Position numbers and translations under genes: made by a program. From positions 864,001-928,000 of the forward strand of contig CAVWWD010000003.1 of the NCBI GenBank assembly GCA_963758635.1: DNA of 64,000 nucleotides, in the 5' to 3' direction. The notes beneath the pieces were generated by a model. That model worked only from the letters and a program-made list of their open reading frames with translations. It searched no databases and was not told the origin of the DNA. The stretch is from an uncultured Candidatus Rokubacteria bacterium. Lineage in GTDB: Bacteria > Methylomirabilota > Methylomirabilia > Rokubacteriales > CSP1-6. Positions 11,163 through 21,212 of this stretch are shown here, in pieces. Positions within the stretch are counted from its first letter, which is position 1. Every line of letters begins with the position of its first letter.

Positions 11163-11178
11163 TGCATCGCGCGTGCCG
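11163..11178 (-). promoter_or_regulatory. sigma54-type promoter
   Basis: Minus strand CGGCACGCGCGATGCA (GG-N10-GC) upstream of the exported protein gene. Confidence 0.45.
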
Positions 11179-11429
11179 AGGCTCCGCATCGGGGAAGCCC
11201 TATACAACGCAGGGATTTCGCGGATCGCCTCGCGCCGGCATCGGGGCCGGCGGGAAGTTCTTTACCGCCGGACCTACTCCCTCTTCCCCCCCTCCGGGAG
11301 TGTTTCAGCCTGTCAGGGCTTTTCCGCTCCTGAGGCGCTGATACGATGCGGGGACGAGCGCGATGGTGATCCAGGCGAGAAACCGGGGAGTCCTTGTGGC
11401 CAGGTCAGCGCGAGCCGGTCGGCGCTAGC

Positions 11430-12351
11430 GTGTCGCGCTTCGAGGATCTCGTCGAGCAGCTCTCGGCCGTTTCGCCCCGTGACTTTGCGAAGGAGCGGGC
11501 CGCGCTCGCGGCGCGTCTCGTCAAGGCTCGGCCAGCCCGCCGAGGCGGCGAGGGTCAAGTTGCTGCGCGCGCCGGCCGTTCCCGTGTGGGCGGCCAACCG
11601 ACTCGTCCGTGAGCATCCGGAGCTTGCCCAGCGGCTGGTCTCGGCGGCCGAGCGTGTCCGCGCCGCGCAGCTCGGGCGCGACACGACGATCCAGCTCGCC
11701 TCGGCGATGGGCGGCTATCGCGCCGCCGTCGACGCCCTCCTCCAGCGGCTGGACGCGCTGCTCGGCGCCACGGGCGCGAAGGTGTCGCCTCCCGTGCGCC
11801 TCAGGGTCAGGAACACGCTGATGGCGGCGGCCGCCGACCCGAAGTTCCGGTCGGCTCTCCTGCACGGCGACCTGAAGGAGGAGCTCACCGCTCCCGGGTT
11901 CGACCTTTTTCAGGGCGCGGCCGGGCGGAGCGACCCGAAAGTGGGGCACGGCGCGCGGCCGCGGCGGAGCGCCCCGGACGCAGGGCACGGAGCGCCGAGG
12001 CGACGGAGCGTCGCGAAGAGCGCCCGGAAGCGCCGCCCCGGCCGCCGGCGCGCGAGCGGCAGGCGGCGGCGCGCGAGGAGCGGGCGCGCCGGCGGATCGA
12101 GGCGCGCGCCGCCGCCGAGCGCGAGCGCGAAGCGCGCGCAGAGCGCCTCCGGCCGCTGCGGGAGGCGGCGGCGACGGCCGCGGAGGAGCTCGCCCGGGCC
12201 AGGGACGAGGCGCGCCGCGCCGTGGCCGCCGTCGCCGCCGCCGCGCGCCGGAAGCGGGAGGCGGACGAGGCTCTCCGCAATGCCCGCGGCCGTCGATCGA
12301 AGGGGTGACGGCGGCCACCGAGCGTCCTCCCGGCGGCCGCGAGTCTGCTAG
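11430..12351 (+). CDS. Hypothetical alpha-helical protein (frameshifted; end uncertain)
   Basis: GTG 11430 gives [29 protein letters not shown], continuing after a shift as AARVKLLRAPAVPVWAANRLVRE...VRNTLMAAAADP; Ala/Arg/Glu-rich tail. Confidence 0.55.
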
Positions 12352-12363
12352 AGTCCGACGACG

Positions 12364-13480
12364 ATGTTCCCTTCGGGCCCGCTCCGGTCCGTCATGAAGA
12401 AGGTGGCGTCCCGCCTGCCGTACGTCGGCCGGCTCATGGCCGAGCGCACGATCATCGCCGGCGAGCGCGATCGGATCGACGAGGAGCGCGTGGCGGTGGC
12501 GCGGGATCGCGACCGCATCGCGGCGGAGCGCGACGGGCTCGCGAGCGAGCGCGACCGCCTCCTCGCCGGGCGCGATGAGCTCCTCGCCGACAACGCCGCG
12601 CTCAGGATCCAGGTGGGCGCGGTCGAATCGGAGCGGGACCGCTACAAGGCGTGGATGCCTCCCGGGCACTACTACTCGCCCGTGCCGTCGCTCGACGAGG
12701 TCCGCGCCCGCGAGGCCCAGATCTTCGGCCCGCCGCCCGCGACCCTGCCGGGCGTGGACCTGAACGAGGAGGAACAGTGGGCGCTCCTCGACACGCTCGC
12801 CCCGTACATCCGGGAACAGCCGTTCGGAACGCGGCGTCGCGCCGGGCAGCGCTACTGCTTCGACAACCTCTACTACTCCCACTACGACGCCGTCTTCCTC
12901 TACGCCATGATCCGCCACCTGCGGCCGCGGCGGATCGTCGAGATCGGGTCCGGCCATTCCTCGTGCGTCATCCTCGACACCAACGACCTGCACTTCGCGG
13001 GCGCCATCGCCTGCACCTTCGTCGAGCCCCATCCCGAGGCGCTCCTCGCGCTCATCCGCGAGACGGATCGCGAGCGGGTGGAGATCGTCGCCCGCCCGCT
13101 CCAGGACGTGGACGCCGCGCGCTTCGAGGCGCTCGAGGCGAACAACGTCCTGATCGTCGATTCCACCCACGTGTCGAAGACGGGGAGCGACGTGAACCGG
13201 CTCCTCTTCAACGTCCTCCCGCGACTCCACGCCGGGGTCCGCGTGCACGTCCACGAACGTCTTCTTTCCCTTCGAGTACCCGCGCGCGTGGGTGCTCGAG
13301 GGGCGCGCCTGGAACGAGGCGTACCTGATGCGGGCGTTCCTGCAATACAACGCGGCGTTCCGCATCGAGCTCTTCAACACCTTCCTCGACGCCACGGACC
13401 GGGAGCGGTTCCTCGCCGCGGCGCCGCTCTGCGTCGAGACGAGCTATCCGGGAGGAAGCATCTGGCTTCGTAAGGCGTAG
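12364..13480 (+). CDS. Class I SAM-dependent methyltransferase with N-terminal coiled coil (frameshift about 13258)
   Basis: PPGHYYSPVP, RPRRIVEIGSGHSS and DSTHVSKTGSDV; after the shift FPFEYPRAWVLEGRAWNEAYLMRAFL...GGSIWLRK. Confidence 0.85.
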
Positions 13481-13624
13481 GAGCGGGCGTCTCCGGCGGG
13501 CGAGCGCGCGCGGTACAGGCGCATCCGGCTCGCGTGGCAGCGGGGCGCTGGCGTGTGACGGCGGCCGCGCGCCGGTGGTACCATCCGGACGGCGGCCAGC
13601 CCACTGACGAGAGGAGCGATCCCC

Positions 13625-14803
13625 ATGGACCTCAACTACTCCGCCCAGGAGACCGCGTTCCGCGACAACGTCCGCTCGTGGCTGTCCGCGAACCTGCCCA
13701 CCGACCTCCGCGACAAGGTGACCAACTACCAGGAGCTGACCAAGGACGACCTCCTGCGCTGGCACAAGATCCTCGCGAAGAAGGGCTGGATCGCTCCGGA
13801 GTGGCCGGAGGAGTGGGGCGGCACGGGCTGGAACGTGGTGCAGCGCTACATCTTCGAGGAGGAGTGCGGCTACGCGGGCTGCCCGCCGCTGGTCGCCTTC
13901 GGCCTCCGGATGTGCGCGCCGGTGCTGTTCCGGTTCGGCAGCGACGCCCAGAAGAAGCAGTACCTGCCGCGGATCTACCAGGGCGAGGACTTCTGGTGCC
14001 AGGGCTACTCGGAGCCGGGCTCGGGCTCGGACCTGGCCTCGCTCAAGACGCGCGCGGTGCGCCAGGGCGATCACTACGTGGTCACCGGCCAGAAGATCTG
14101 GACGACCATGGCGCATCACGCCGACTGGATCTTCTGCCTGGTGCGGACGGACGCGAGCCAGGCCAAGCGCCAGGAGGGCATCTCGTTCCTCCTGATCGAC
14201 ATGCGGACGCCCGGCATCACGGTGCGGCCGATCATCCTGATGGACGGCGGCCACGACGTGAACGAGGTGTTCTTCGACGAGGTGAGAGTGCCCGTCGAGA
14301 ACCTGGTCCACGAGGAGGGGAAGGGCTGGACGGTGGCCAAGCACCTCCTCGGCTACGAGCGCATGGGCAGCGGCCGGATCGGCGCGTCCAAGCGCGAGCT
14401 GGCCACGCTCAAGACGCTGGCGGCGAGCCAGACGAAGGACGGCAAGCCCCTGATCGAGGATCCGCGATTCCGCGACCGCCTCACGCGCGTGGAGGTGGAG
14501 CTGATGGCGCTGGAGATCACCAACCTCCGGTTCCTGGACCAGCTCCGCGGCGGCCGGCCGCCGGGCGCCGAGGTGTCCTTGCTCAAGATCAAGGGCACGG
14601 AGATCCAGCAGTCCCTCACCGAGCTGATGATGCAGACCGCGGGGCCCTTCGCCCAGGCCTTCCGGCCGGTGGACAGCATGGACTTCGACTACTTCACCTC
14701 GCGGCTCGCCGCGCGCTACTGCAACATGCGCAAGACCACGATCTACGCGGGCTCGAACGAGATCCAGCGCAACATCATCTCCAAGATGACGCTCGGCCTG
14801 TGA
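13625..14803 (+). CDS. Acyl-CoA dehydrogenase (PimC-like large subunit)
   Basis: WCQGYSEPGSGSDLASLKT, GQKIWTT and TIYAGSNEIQRNII motifs. Confidence 0.92.
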   Translation: MDLNYSAQETAFRDNVRSWLSANLPTDLRDKVTNYQELTKDDLLRWHKILAKKGWIAPEWPEEWGGTGWNVVQRYIFEEECGYAGCPPLVAFGLRMCAPVLFRFGSDAQKKQYLPRIYQGEDFWCQGYSEPGSGSDLASLKTRAVRQGDHYVVTGQKIWTTMAHHADWIFCLVRTDASQAKRQEGISFLLIDMRTPGITVRPIILMDGGHDVNEVFFDEVRVPVENLVHEEGKGWTVAKHLLGYERMGSGRIGASKRELATLKTLAASQTKDGKPLIEDPRFRDRLTRVEVELMALEITNLRFLDQLRGGRPPGAEVSLLKIKGTEIQQSLTELMMQTAGPFAQAFRPVDSMDFDYFTSRLAARYCNMRKTTIYAGSNEIQRNIISKMTLGL

Positions 14804-14813
14804 CGGGCGCGCC

Positions 14814-15950
14814 ATGAACTTCGAGCTCTCCGACGAGCAGCAGCTCCTCGCCGACAGCCTCAAGCGCTTTCTCGCCAACGACTACACGTTCGACGCGCGG
14901 GCGAAGATCGTCGCCTCTCCCAAGGGCTGGAGCCCGGAGATGTGGGGGAAGCTCGCCGAGCTGGGCCTGGCCGGCCTGCCGTTCTCTCGCGACCACGGTG
15001 GCTTCGGCGGCGGCGCGGGCGACGTGATGGTCGTGATGGAGGCGATCGGCGAGGGGCTCCTCGTCGAGCCGTACCTGGCCACCGTGGGCCTGGGCGGGCA
15101 GTTCGTGGCGCGAGGCGGCTCCGCGGCCCAGCAGAAGAAGCTCTTGCCGCTGGTGGCGGAGGGCCGCTGCCGCATGGCCTTCGCCCACCTCGAGCGCGGG
15201 GCGCGCTACGACCTCGCCCACGTGGGCCTGCGGGCCCGGCGCGAGGGCGACGGCTTCGTCCTGGACGGCACCAAGCACGCCGTCCTCCACGGCGGCGCCG
15301 CGGACGTGCTGGTGGTCTCGGCGCGCACCGCGGGAGCGGACACCGACGCCCAGGGGCTCAGCCTGCTGCTGGTCGAGCGCGAGTCGCCGGGCGTCACGGT
15401 CAAGGAGTTCCGCACCATCGACGAGCTGCGCGCCGCCGACATCACCTTTGCCGGCGTGCGGGTGTCGCGCGACGCGCTGGTCGGTCTCGAGGGCGCGGGG
15501 CTGCCCCTGGTGGAGGAGGTGGTCGACTACGCCACCGCGCTCCTGTGCGCGGAGGCGGTGGGCTGCATCCGCTACGCGAATGACACCACGCTCGAGTACC
15601 TGAAGACGCGGCGGCAGTTCGGCGTGCCGATCGGCAGCTTCCAGGCCCTGCAGCACCGCATGGTGGACATGGTGATCACCTACGAGCAGGCGCGCTCGAT
15701 GGCCTACCTCGCCTGCGTCAAGGTCGACACCGCGGGCGCGGCGGAGCGCCGGCGCGTGGTCTCCGCGGCGAAGGTGAAGCTCGCCGACGCCTGCCGCCAC
15801 ATCAGCCAGGAGTCCGTCCAGCTCCACGGCGGCATGGGGATGACCGACGAGCTCAAGGTGAGCCACACGTTCCGCCGGCTGACCATGATCGGCCAGACCT
15901 TCGGCGACGCCGACCACCACCTCGAGCGCTTCGCCGGCGCCGGCGTGTGA
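14814..15950 (+). CDS. Acyl-CoA dehydrogenase (PimD-like small subunit)
   Basis: RRQFGVPIGSFQALQHR and VQLHGGMGMTDE; paired with the upstream ACAD. Confidence 0.9.
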   Translation: MNFELSDEQQLLADSLKRFLANDYTFDARAKIVASPKGWSPEMWGKLAELGLAGLPFSRDHGGFGGGAGDVMVVMEAIGEGLLVEPYLATVGLGGQFVARGGSAAQQKKLLPLVAEGRCRMAFAHLERGARYDLAHVGLRARREGDGFVLDGTKHAVLHGGAADVLVVSARTAGADTDAQGLSLLLVERESPGVTVKEFRTIDELRAADITFAGVRVSRDALVGLEGAGLPLVEEVVDYATALLCAEAVGCIRYANDTTLEYLKTRRQFGVPIGSFQALQHRMVDMVITYEQARSMAYLACVKVDTAGAAERRRVVSAAKVKLADACRHISQESVQLHGGMGMTDELKVSHTFRRLTMIGQTFGDADHHLERFAGAGV

Positions 15951-15952
15951 CG

Positions 15953-16402
15953 ATGCTCGGCCGCCGCGCCTTCCTCGCCGGCGCCATCGCCGCCGCGCTC
16001 GCCGCGGCTCTGCCGGCGCGCGCGACGGACAAGCCCACGGTGACCGTCTACAAGTCGCCCACCTGAGGCTGCTGCACGGCGTGGGTGGGCCACCTGCGCA
16101 CGAACGGCTATCCGGTGAAGGCGATCGACACCGACGACCTCCCGCCCGTCAAGCGCAAGCACGGCGTGCCCGCGACGATCGAGGGGTGCCACACCGCGCT
16201 GGTCGAGGGCTACGTGATCGAGGGCCACGTGCCCGCCGACCTGATCGACCGGCTGCTGCGCGAGCGGCCGAAGGTGGCCGGCCTCGCGGTCGCGGGGATG
16301 CCCGCGGGCTCGCCGGGCATGGAGACGTCGGGCAAGCCGGAGCCGTACAAGGTCTGGAGCTTCGACCGGGCCGGCAAGACCGCCGTCTACGCGACGCGGT
16401 AG
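15953..16402 (+). CDS. DUF411 metal-binding protein with Tat signal; in-frame TGA (codon 38) read as probable selenocysteine
   Basis: MLGRRAFLAG...VYKSPT-TGA-GCCTAWVGHL...GCHTALVEGYVIEGHVPA...GMPAGSPGME. The TGA at 16064-16066 sits at the first Cys of the family CGCC motif. Confidence 0.85.
16073..16100 (+). promoter_or_regulatory. Candidate bacterial SECIS element
   Basis: Stem UGCACGGCGUGG / CCACCUGCGCA with a 5-nt loop GUGGG beginning with G, 18 nt after the UGA. Confidence 0.6.
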
Positions 16403-17052
16403 GGGGGGCCGGCACGCCGCATCTGCGTGCCCGCCGAGTCTGCTGCCGGGGTGATCGAAGATGCCTCGGTGCCGTAGGTGAGACGCTCGATCCCTCAGCC
16501 ACCCCTGCCGCGCGAGCCGCTAGGCCCAGCTCACAGGACTCAATGCAGCCTCGGAAGGCTCGAAGTCCACATTGCGCATACGAGGTCTTCGGGTGTCCGA
16601 CCAGCGACACGGATACTTTCCTGACGAGCCGTCCCGGTGTCAGGGATCGGCGTTTCGACCGGTCTCGTAGACAACCTCGCCCTTCTGCTCGAGATCCCAG
16701 AGGTGGTGTGCCAACAGCTCTGCGACCTCTCTCGTATCAGCGTCGAGTGCCAGGAGGGCTGGGGTATGGAGCTGCGTATGAACACCCCAACTCCGTCGCC
16801 GTGTCGAGGATGATCGCGTCCATGTACGTGAGGTCAGTGTATCCAGCGACTCACCCACCGCCCCTGAAAGCAGCAGAAGTGGTCCCGGGTGCCACCGGCA
16901 TCCCTGATGATCATCCTTCCTCGCGCCACCGATCTCTGAGGGGGCTTCCGATGGGGCTCGCCCACGTACCGGAACGCATCCAGGGATTCGTCTTGCACAT
17001 CAACGATCGACAGCGCGGCCGCTGGCCAACAGGATCGATTCCTTCCATACGA

Positions 17053-18276
17053 CTATGCGTTCGGCCCGTTCGCCGGACGCGGTTCGAGCACGATTCCAGC
17101 CAGCGCAACAATGCAGAAGGCCGCACTCGCGTAAAAGGTGAAGGACGCCCCGAGTTGATCCCACAACAGGCCGGCCAATACGCTCGCGAACAGCATGGTC
17201 AGACCGGCAAGTAAATTGAAGAAGCCGAACGCCGTGCCGCGAAGGTCTGCCGGCGCGGTCTCGGCAACCAGGGTTGCCAGCAAACCCTGAGTCATTCCCA
17301 TGTGCAAGCCCCAAAGAAGGATGCCGACAAACACCGTGCCCAGGGAGCTGCTGTATGCGAGCGCAAGATCAGCAGCGATTAACACCGCCAAGCCGATCGC
17401 CAGGAGCTTCGCGCGGCTCACGCGATCGGAGAGCTTACCGAATGGATAGGCGGACACGGCATAGACGATATTCATCGCAACCAGGACCAACGGTATCCAT
17501 GCAATCGGCAGCCCGCCTTGCTGGGCGCGCAGCACCAAGAACGCCTCGCTGAACCGCGCCAGGGTGAAGACGGCTCCGACACAGACCACCCACCAGTACG
17601 CCTTGCTCAGTCGCTTGATCTCGCACCAGTGGATGGGATTGACGCGCTTGGCGGGCGTCACTCGCTCAGGCTCCTGAACGCCGACCAGGAGCAAGCCAGC
17701 GGCGAGAAAGCCTGGAATGACTGCCACCCAGAAGACGACGCGGAAATCGTTCGACCAAAGCAGCATCAGCCCGATTGCCAGCAGCGGGCCGGTGAAGGCA
17801 CCCACGGTGTCCAAGGACTGGCGCAGCCCGAATGCCGCTCCACGCAGGGCAGGGGGCGCAAGGTCCGCCACCAGCGCATCGCGCGGCGCGCCTCGAATTC
17901 CTTTACCGATGCGATCCAGGAAGCGGGCAGTGAGAACCATTCCCGTGCTGGCGGCGATGGCGAACAGCGGTTTGCTGAGCGCGCCGAGCCCATAGCCGAT
18001 GACCGCCAGCATCTTGCGGCGTCCAAGGTAGTCGCTCAAGGTGCCGGAGAACACCTTCACGATCAGTGCGGTCGCTTCGGCCACGCCCTCGACTAGGCCC
18101 ACGGTAAAGGCGCTCGCCCCAAGTGCGGTGAGCATGAATACTGGGAGCAGGCTGTGAATCATCTCGGACGAGATATCCGCCAGCATGCTCACGAAGCCGA
18201 GAACCCAAATGCCCGTCGGGATCCGCAGCGAGGCGCTCTTCGTGGAATGGTTCATGCGGCGCGTCCTCATGAGCAT
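17053..18276 (-). CDS. MFS transporter
   Basis: GTLSDYLGRRK and DRIGKGIRGAPRDALVAD; about 12 TM segments; start may be ATG 18255. Confidence 0.92.
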   Translation of the reverse strand: MLMRTRRMNHSTKSASLRIPTGIWVLGFVSMLADISSEMIHSLLPVFMLTALGASAFTVGLVEGVAEATALIVKVFSGTLSDYLGRRKMLAVIGYGLGALSKPLFAIAASTGMVLTARFLDRIGKGIRGAPRDALVADLAPPALRGAAFGLRQSLDTVGAFTGPLLAIGLMLLWSNDFRVVFWVAVIPGFLAAGLLLVGVQEPERVTPAKRVNPIHWCEIKRLSKAYWWVVCVGAVFTLARFSEAFLVLRAQQGGLPIAWIPLVLVAMNIVYAVSAYPFGKLSDRVSRAKLLAIGLAVLIAADLALAYSSSLGTVFVGILLWGLHMGMTQGLLATLVAETAPADLRGTAFGFFNLLAGLTMLFASVLAGLLWDQLGASFTFYASAAFCIVALAGIVLEPRPANGPNA

Positions 18277-18594
18277 CGCCCGTACGAATAGCCGCCAATC
18301 CGGCCGACTCGGCCGCGCGTCGAGCGGTCTGATCGACGGCCATGCGTGCGTCGCTTCTTCGAGGTGGAATCGGGTTAGAGTCGTGGAATCGGATTCATCT
18401 CAATCCTGCGTCTGACGACACCTGCGCATCCGTTCCTTCAACCGAGAGGAAGGATCCTTCCGCTGCTGCCGGTAGCGGCCGCGCCCCAGATCCAGCGGCG
18501 CAGCCCGGAGCACCGAGGAAGTGGCCCCCACTCGCTGTTTCCGTCGCGTCACTCTGGGGGGTCGCTCCAGGGGCGAAGGGCGCTTCCCGTGCGG

Positions 18595-20071
18595 TCAGCT
18601 CTCGTCGTAGCCGGCGGGCTTCCGGAAGCCGCCTACCTCGCGCGCGACGAGCGCGGCGAAGCGGATCGGCGTCAGGTCCTCCAGGTAGGGACCGATGGCC
18701 TGGAGCCCTACCGGCAAGCCGCCGCGTGAGATCCCGATCGGGAACGCGGTGGCCGGCTGACCCGCGACCGTCGAGACGGACGGATACGCGAGGCCGTGAA
18801 GATACGGCACGGTCCGGCCGTTCACGTCGAAGGTGAGCCGGAGGTCGCTGTCGTCCATCGGCCACGTGCGCTCGATGTGCGGGTAGGCGAGCACGTTCAT
18901 GGCCGGAGCCAGCAGCACGTCCCAGTCGCGGAAGAACGCCCGCCAGGCCTGCCGGTACATCTCGCGCTGGCCGCCCCAGAGGACGAAGTCGCCCGGCGCG
19001 CCCGCGAGACCACGGAGATGCGCGTGGGAGAACTCGTCGTCGGGTTTCCGCCACATCTCGATGCGCCGGCGGCGCGCCTCCTCGTCCACGCGCGCGCTCG
19101 TCATCGCCGACAGCAGCGACCGGTACAGCTGGTGATGCGACGCGGTGATCGCCGAGGAGGTCGGGCTGGGCCTCCTTGACGGTGGCGCCGAGACGGCCGA
19201 GGCGCGAGGCCAGCTCCTGCTGCGCCACCACGATCTCGTCGTCGACGGGCAGCCAGGGGATGGCCGGCAGCACCGCCACGCGGAAGTCGGCGAGGCGCTC
19301 GTGGCGCGGCCGCGGCAGCGTCACGCGCCAGGCCACGTCCTCGCCGACCTCGGGGCCGGCCAGCACGGAGAGCGCCAGCTCGAGGTCCTCGGCGCTCCGG
19401 GCCAGCGGCCCCTGCACGCCCATCAGGCCCACGGAGTTCGGCATGGGCGGGATCGGGAACTGGCCGCTCCGGGGCAGGAGCGTCTCGCTCGGCCGGTGCC
19501 CGTAGACGCCGCAGAACGCCGCCGGCACCCTGATCGAGCCGCCGATGTCGCTGCCGACCTCGAGCGCGGAGAGCCCGGCAGCGATGGCGGCCGCGCTGCC
19601 GCCGCTGGATCCCCCCGGCGTGCGGCCGAGGTCCCACGGATTGTTCGAGCGCCCGTAGATGGGGTTGGCCGATTGCCAGTCCGCGAGCATGGGCGGGACG
19701 TTGGTCTTGCCGAGCAGCACCGCCCCCGCCGCGCGCGTGCGGGCGACGGCGGGGGCGTCGTGCTGGGACACGAACCCGCGCCAGTCCGGGACGCCGGCCG
19801 TCGTGGGTAGGCCGGCCACGTTGAACGACTCCTTGATCGTCATGGGCAGGCCGGCCAGCGCCCCGCCCCCGCCGCGGGCCGCGCCCTGGTCGGCGGCGCG
19901 CGCCTGCTCGCGGGCGCGCGTGAAGTCGCGGACGGGCACGGCGTTGAGGCGGCCGTCGTGGCGCTCGATGCGCCGGATGTAGAGCTCGGTGAGGTCGCTC
20001 GACGTGACGTGCCCGGCGCGCAGGGCGGCCAGGAGCTCGGTGGCGCTCGCGAACGGATCCACTGTGCTCAT
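18595..20071 (-). CDS. Amidase signature family enzyme (frameshift about 19140)
   Basis: GLPMTIKE, GKTN, TPGGSSGGS and GSDIGGSIRVPA; C-terminal GLPVGLQAIGP in frame 18595..19104. Confidence 0.9.
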
Positions 20072-20095
20072 CGCGATCCTCCGGTCTCCGCGCCG

Positions 20096-21208
20096 CTACG
20101 GCGTGAGGGCGGCGCGGGTGATCGTCAGGGTTTCCCGGTTGAGCCACTCCGAGTCGGCGAACGCCTCGTTGATGCGCTCGAGCGGGTAGGTGTGGGACAG
20201 GATGCGATGCCACGGCCACCGCTCCCGCGTCCGCACCATGAAGTCCAGCGCGCGCGGGATCACCCACGGGTCGTACTGGATGACGCCCACGATGCGCTTC
20301 GACCCCCACACGAGGAGCGAGGGCTCGATCTCGATCTTCGCGCCCCGGCTGATCGTCCCGATCTCGAGGTAGGTGCCGCCCGAGCGCAGCATCTCGATGC
20401 CCTCGGGGATCACCGCGGGGAAGCCCACGAAGTCGCACGCCACGTCCGCGCCCACCCCGTTCGTCAGCTCGCGGACCCGGCGCACCCGATCCTTCCGGTC
20501 GGGCACTTCGCGCAGGTCGATCGTGTGGTCGGCGCCGAAGGCGCGGGCCAGCTCGAGCCGGCCCGGGACCTGGTCGATCACGATGACCGCGGCCGCGCCC
20601 ATGTCCTTGGCCACGGCGGCGGCCTGCACGCCGAGGCCGCCCGCGCCCTGGATGACGACCCGGTCGCCGAAGCGCACGCCGGCCTGGTGGAGGCCGAACA
20701 TGACCTGGGCGAGGGCGCAGTTGAGCGGGGCCACCACCTCGTCGGAGAGCTCGTCCGGCACCTTGAAGAGATGCCCGCCCGGGCGCAGGTAGTAGTGGTC
20801 GGCGAACGCCCCGTGCAGATGCGGGAACTCCTTCGGCCCGCGCGGGCGCTCGAGCTTGTTCGGGCACGCCGCGGGCTCCATGAGCAGGCACGCGTGGCAG
20901 CGGCCGCACGGGTAGAAGTACGTGTAGGCGACGCGGTCGCCCTCGGCGAGCGGGCGGCCCAGCGAGTCGGTCTTCACGCGGCTCCCCGCCCGGGCGACCC
21001 GCCCCGTCATCTCGTGGCCGAAGATCCAGCCGTCCTCGGGCAGCCGGAGCGGCGCGTCGCCGCGCCAGAAGTGGAGGTCGGAGCCGCAGATGTTGGCGAC
21101 GGTGACGCGGACGAGGACGCCGTCCGGCTCGACCTCGGGGATCGGCACCTCACGGATCTCGAACGGCTTGCCGGGACCGAAGAAGACCGCTGCGCGCGCG
21201 CTCGCCAT
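20096..21208 (-). CDS. Zinc-dependent alcohol dehydrogenase (MDR family)
   Basis: ICGSDLH, GHEMTG, CGRCHAC and GAGGLG motifs. Confidence 0.92.
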   Translation of the reverse strand: MASARAAVFFGPGKPFEIREVPIPEVEPDGVLVRVTVANICGSDLHFWRGDAPLRLPEDGWIFGHEMTGRVARAGSRVKTDSLGRPLAEGDRVAYTYFYPCGRCHACLLMEPAACPNKLERPRGPKEFPHLHGAFADHYYLRPGGHLFKVPDELSDEVVAPLNCALAQVMFGLHQAGVRFGDRVVIQGAGGLGVQAAAVAKDMGAAAVIVIDQVPGRLELARAFGADHTIDLREVPDRKDRVRRVRELTNGVGADVACDFVGFPAVIPEGIEMLRSGGTYLEIGTISRGAKIEIEPSLLVWGSKRIVGVIQYDPWVIPRALDFMVRTRERWPWHRILSHTYPLERINEAFADSEWLNRETLTITRAALTP

Positions 21209-21212
21209 GGCG

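Noticed and set aside
16540..17126. Short ORFs in the low-GC stretch
   Set aside because: No recognisable motifs or consistent coding signal.
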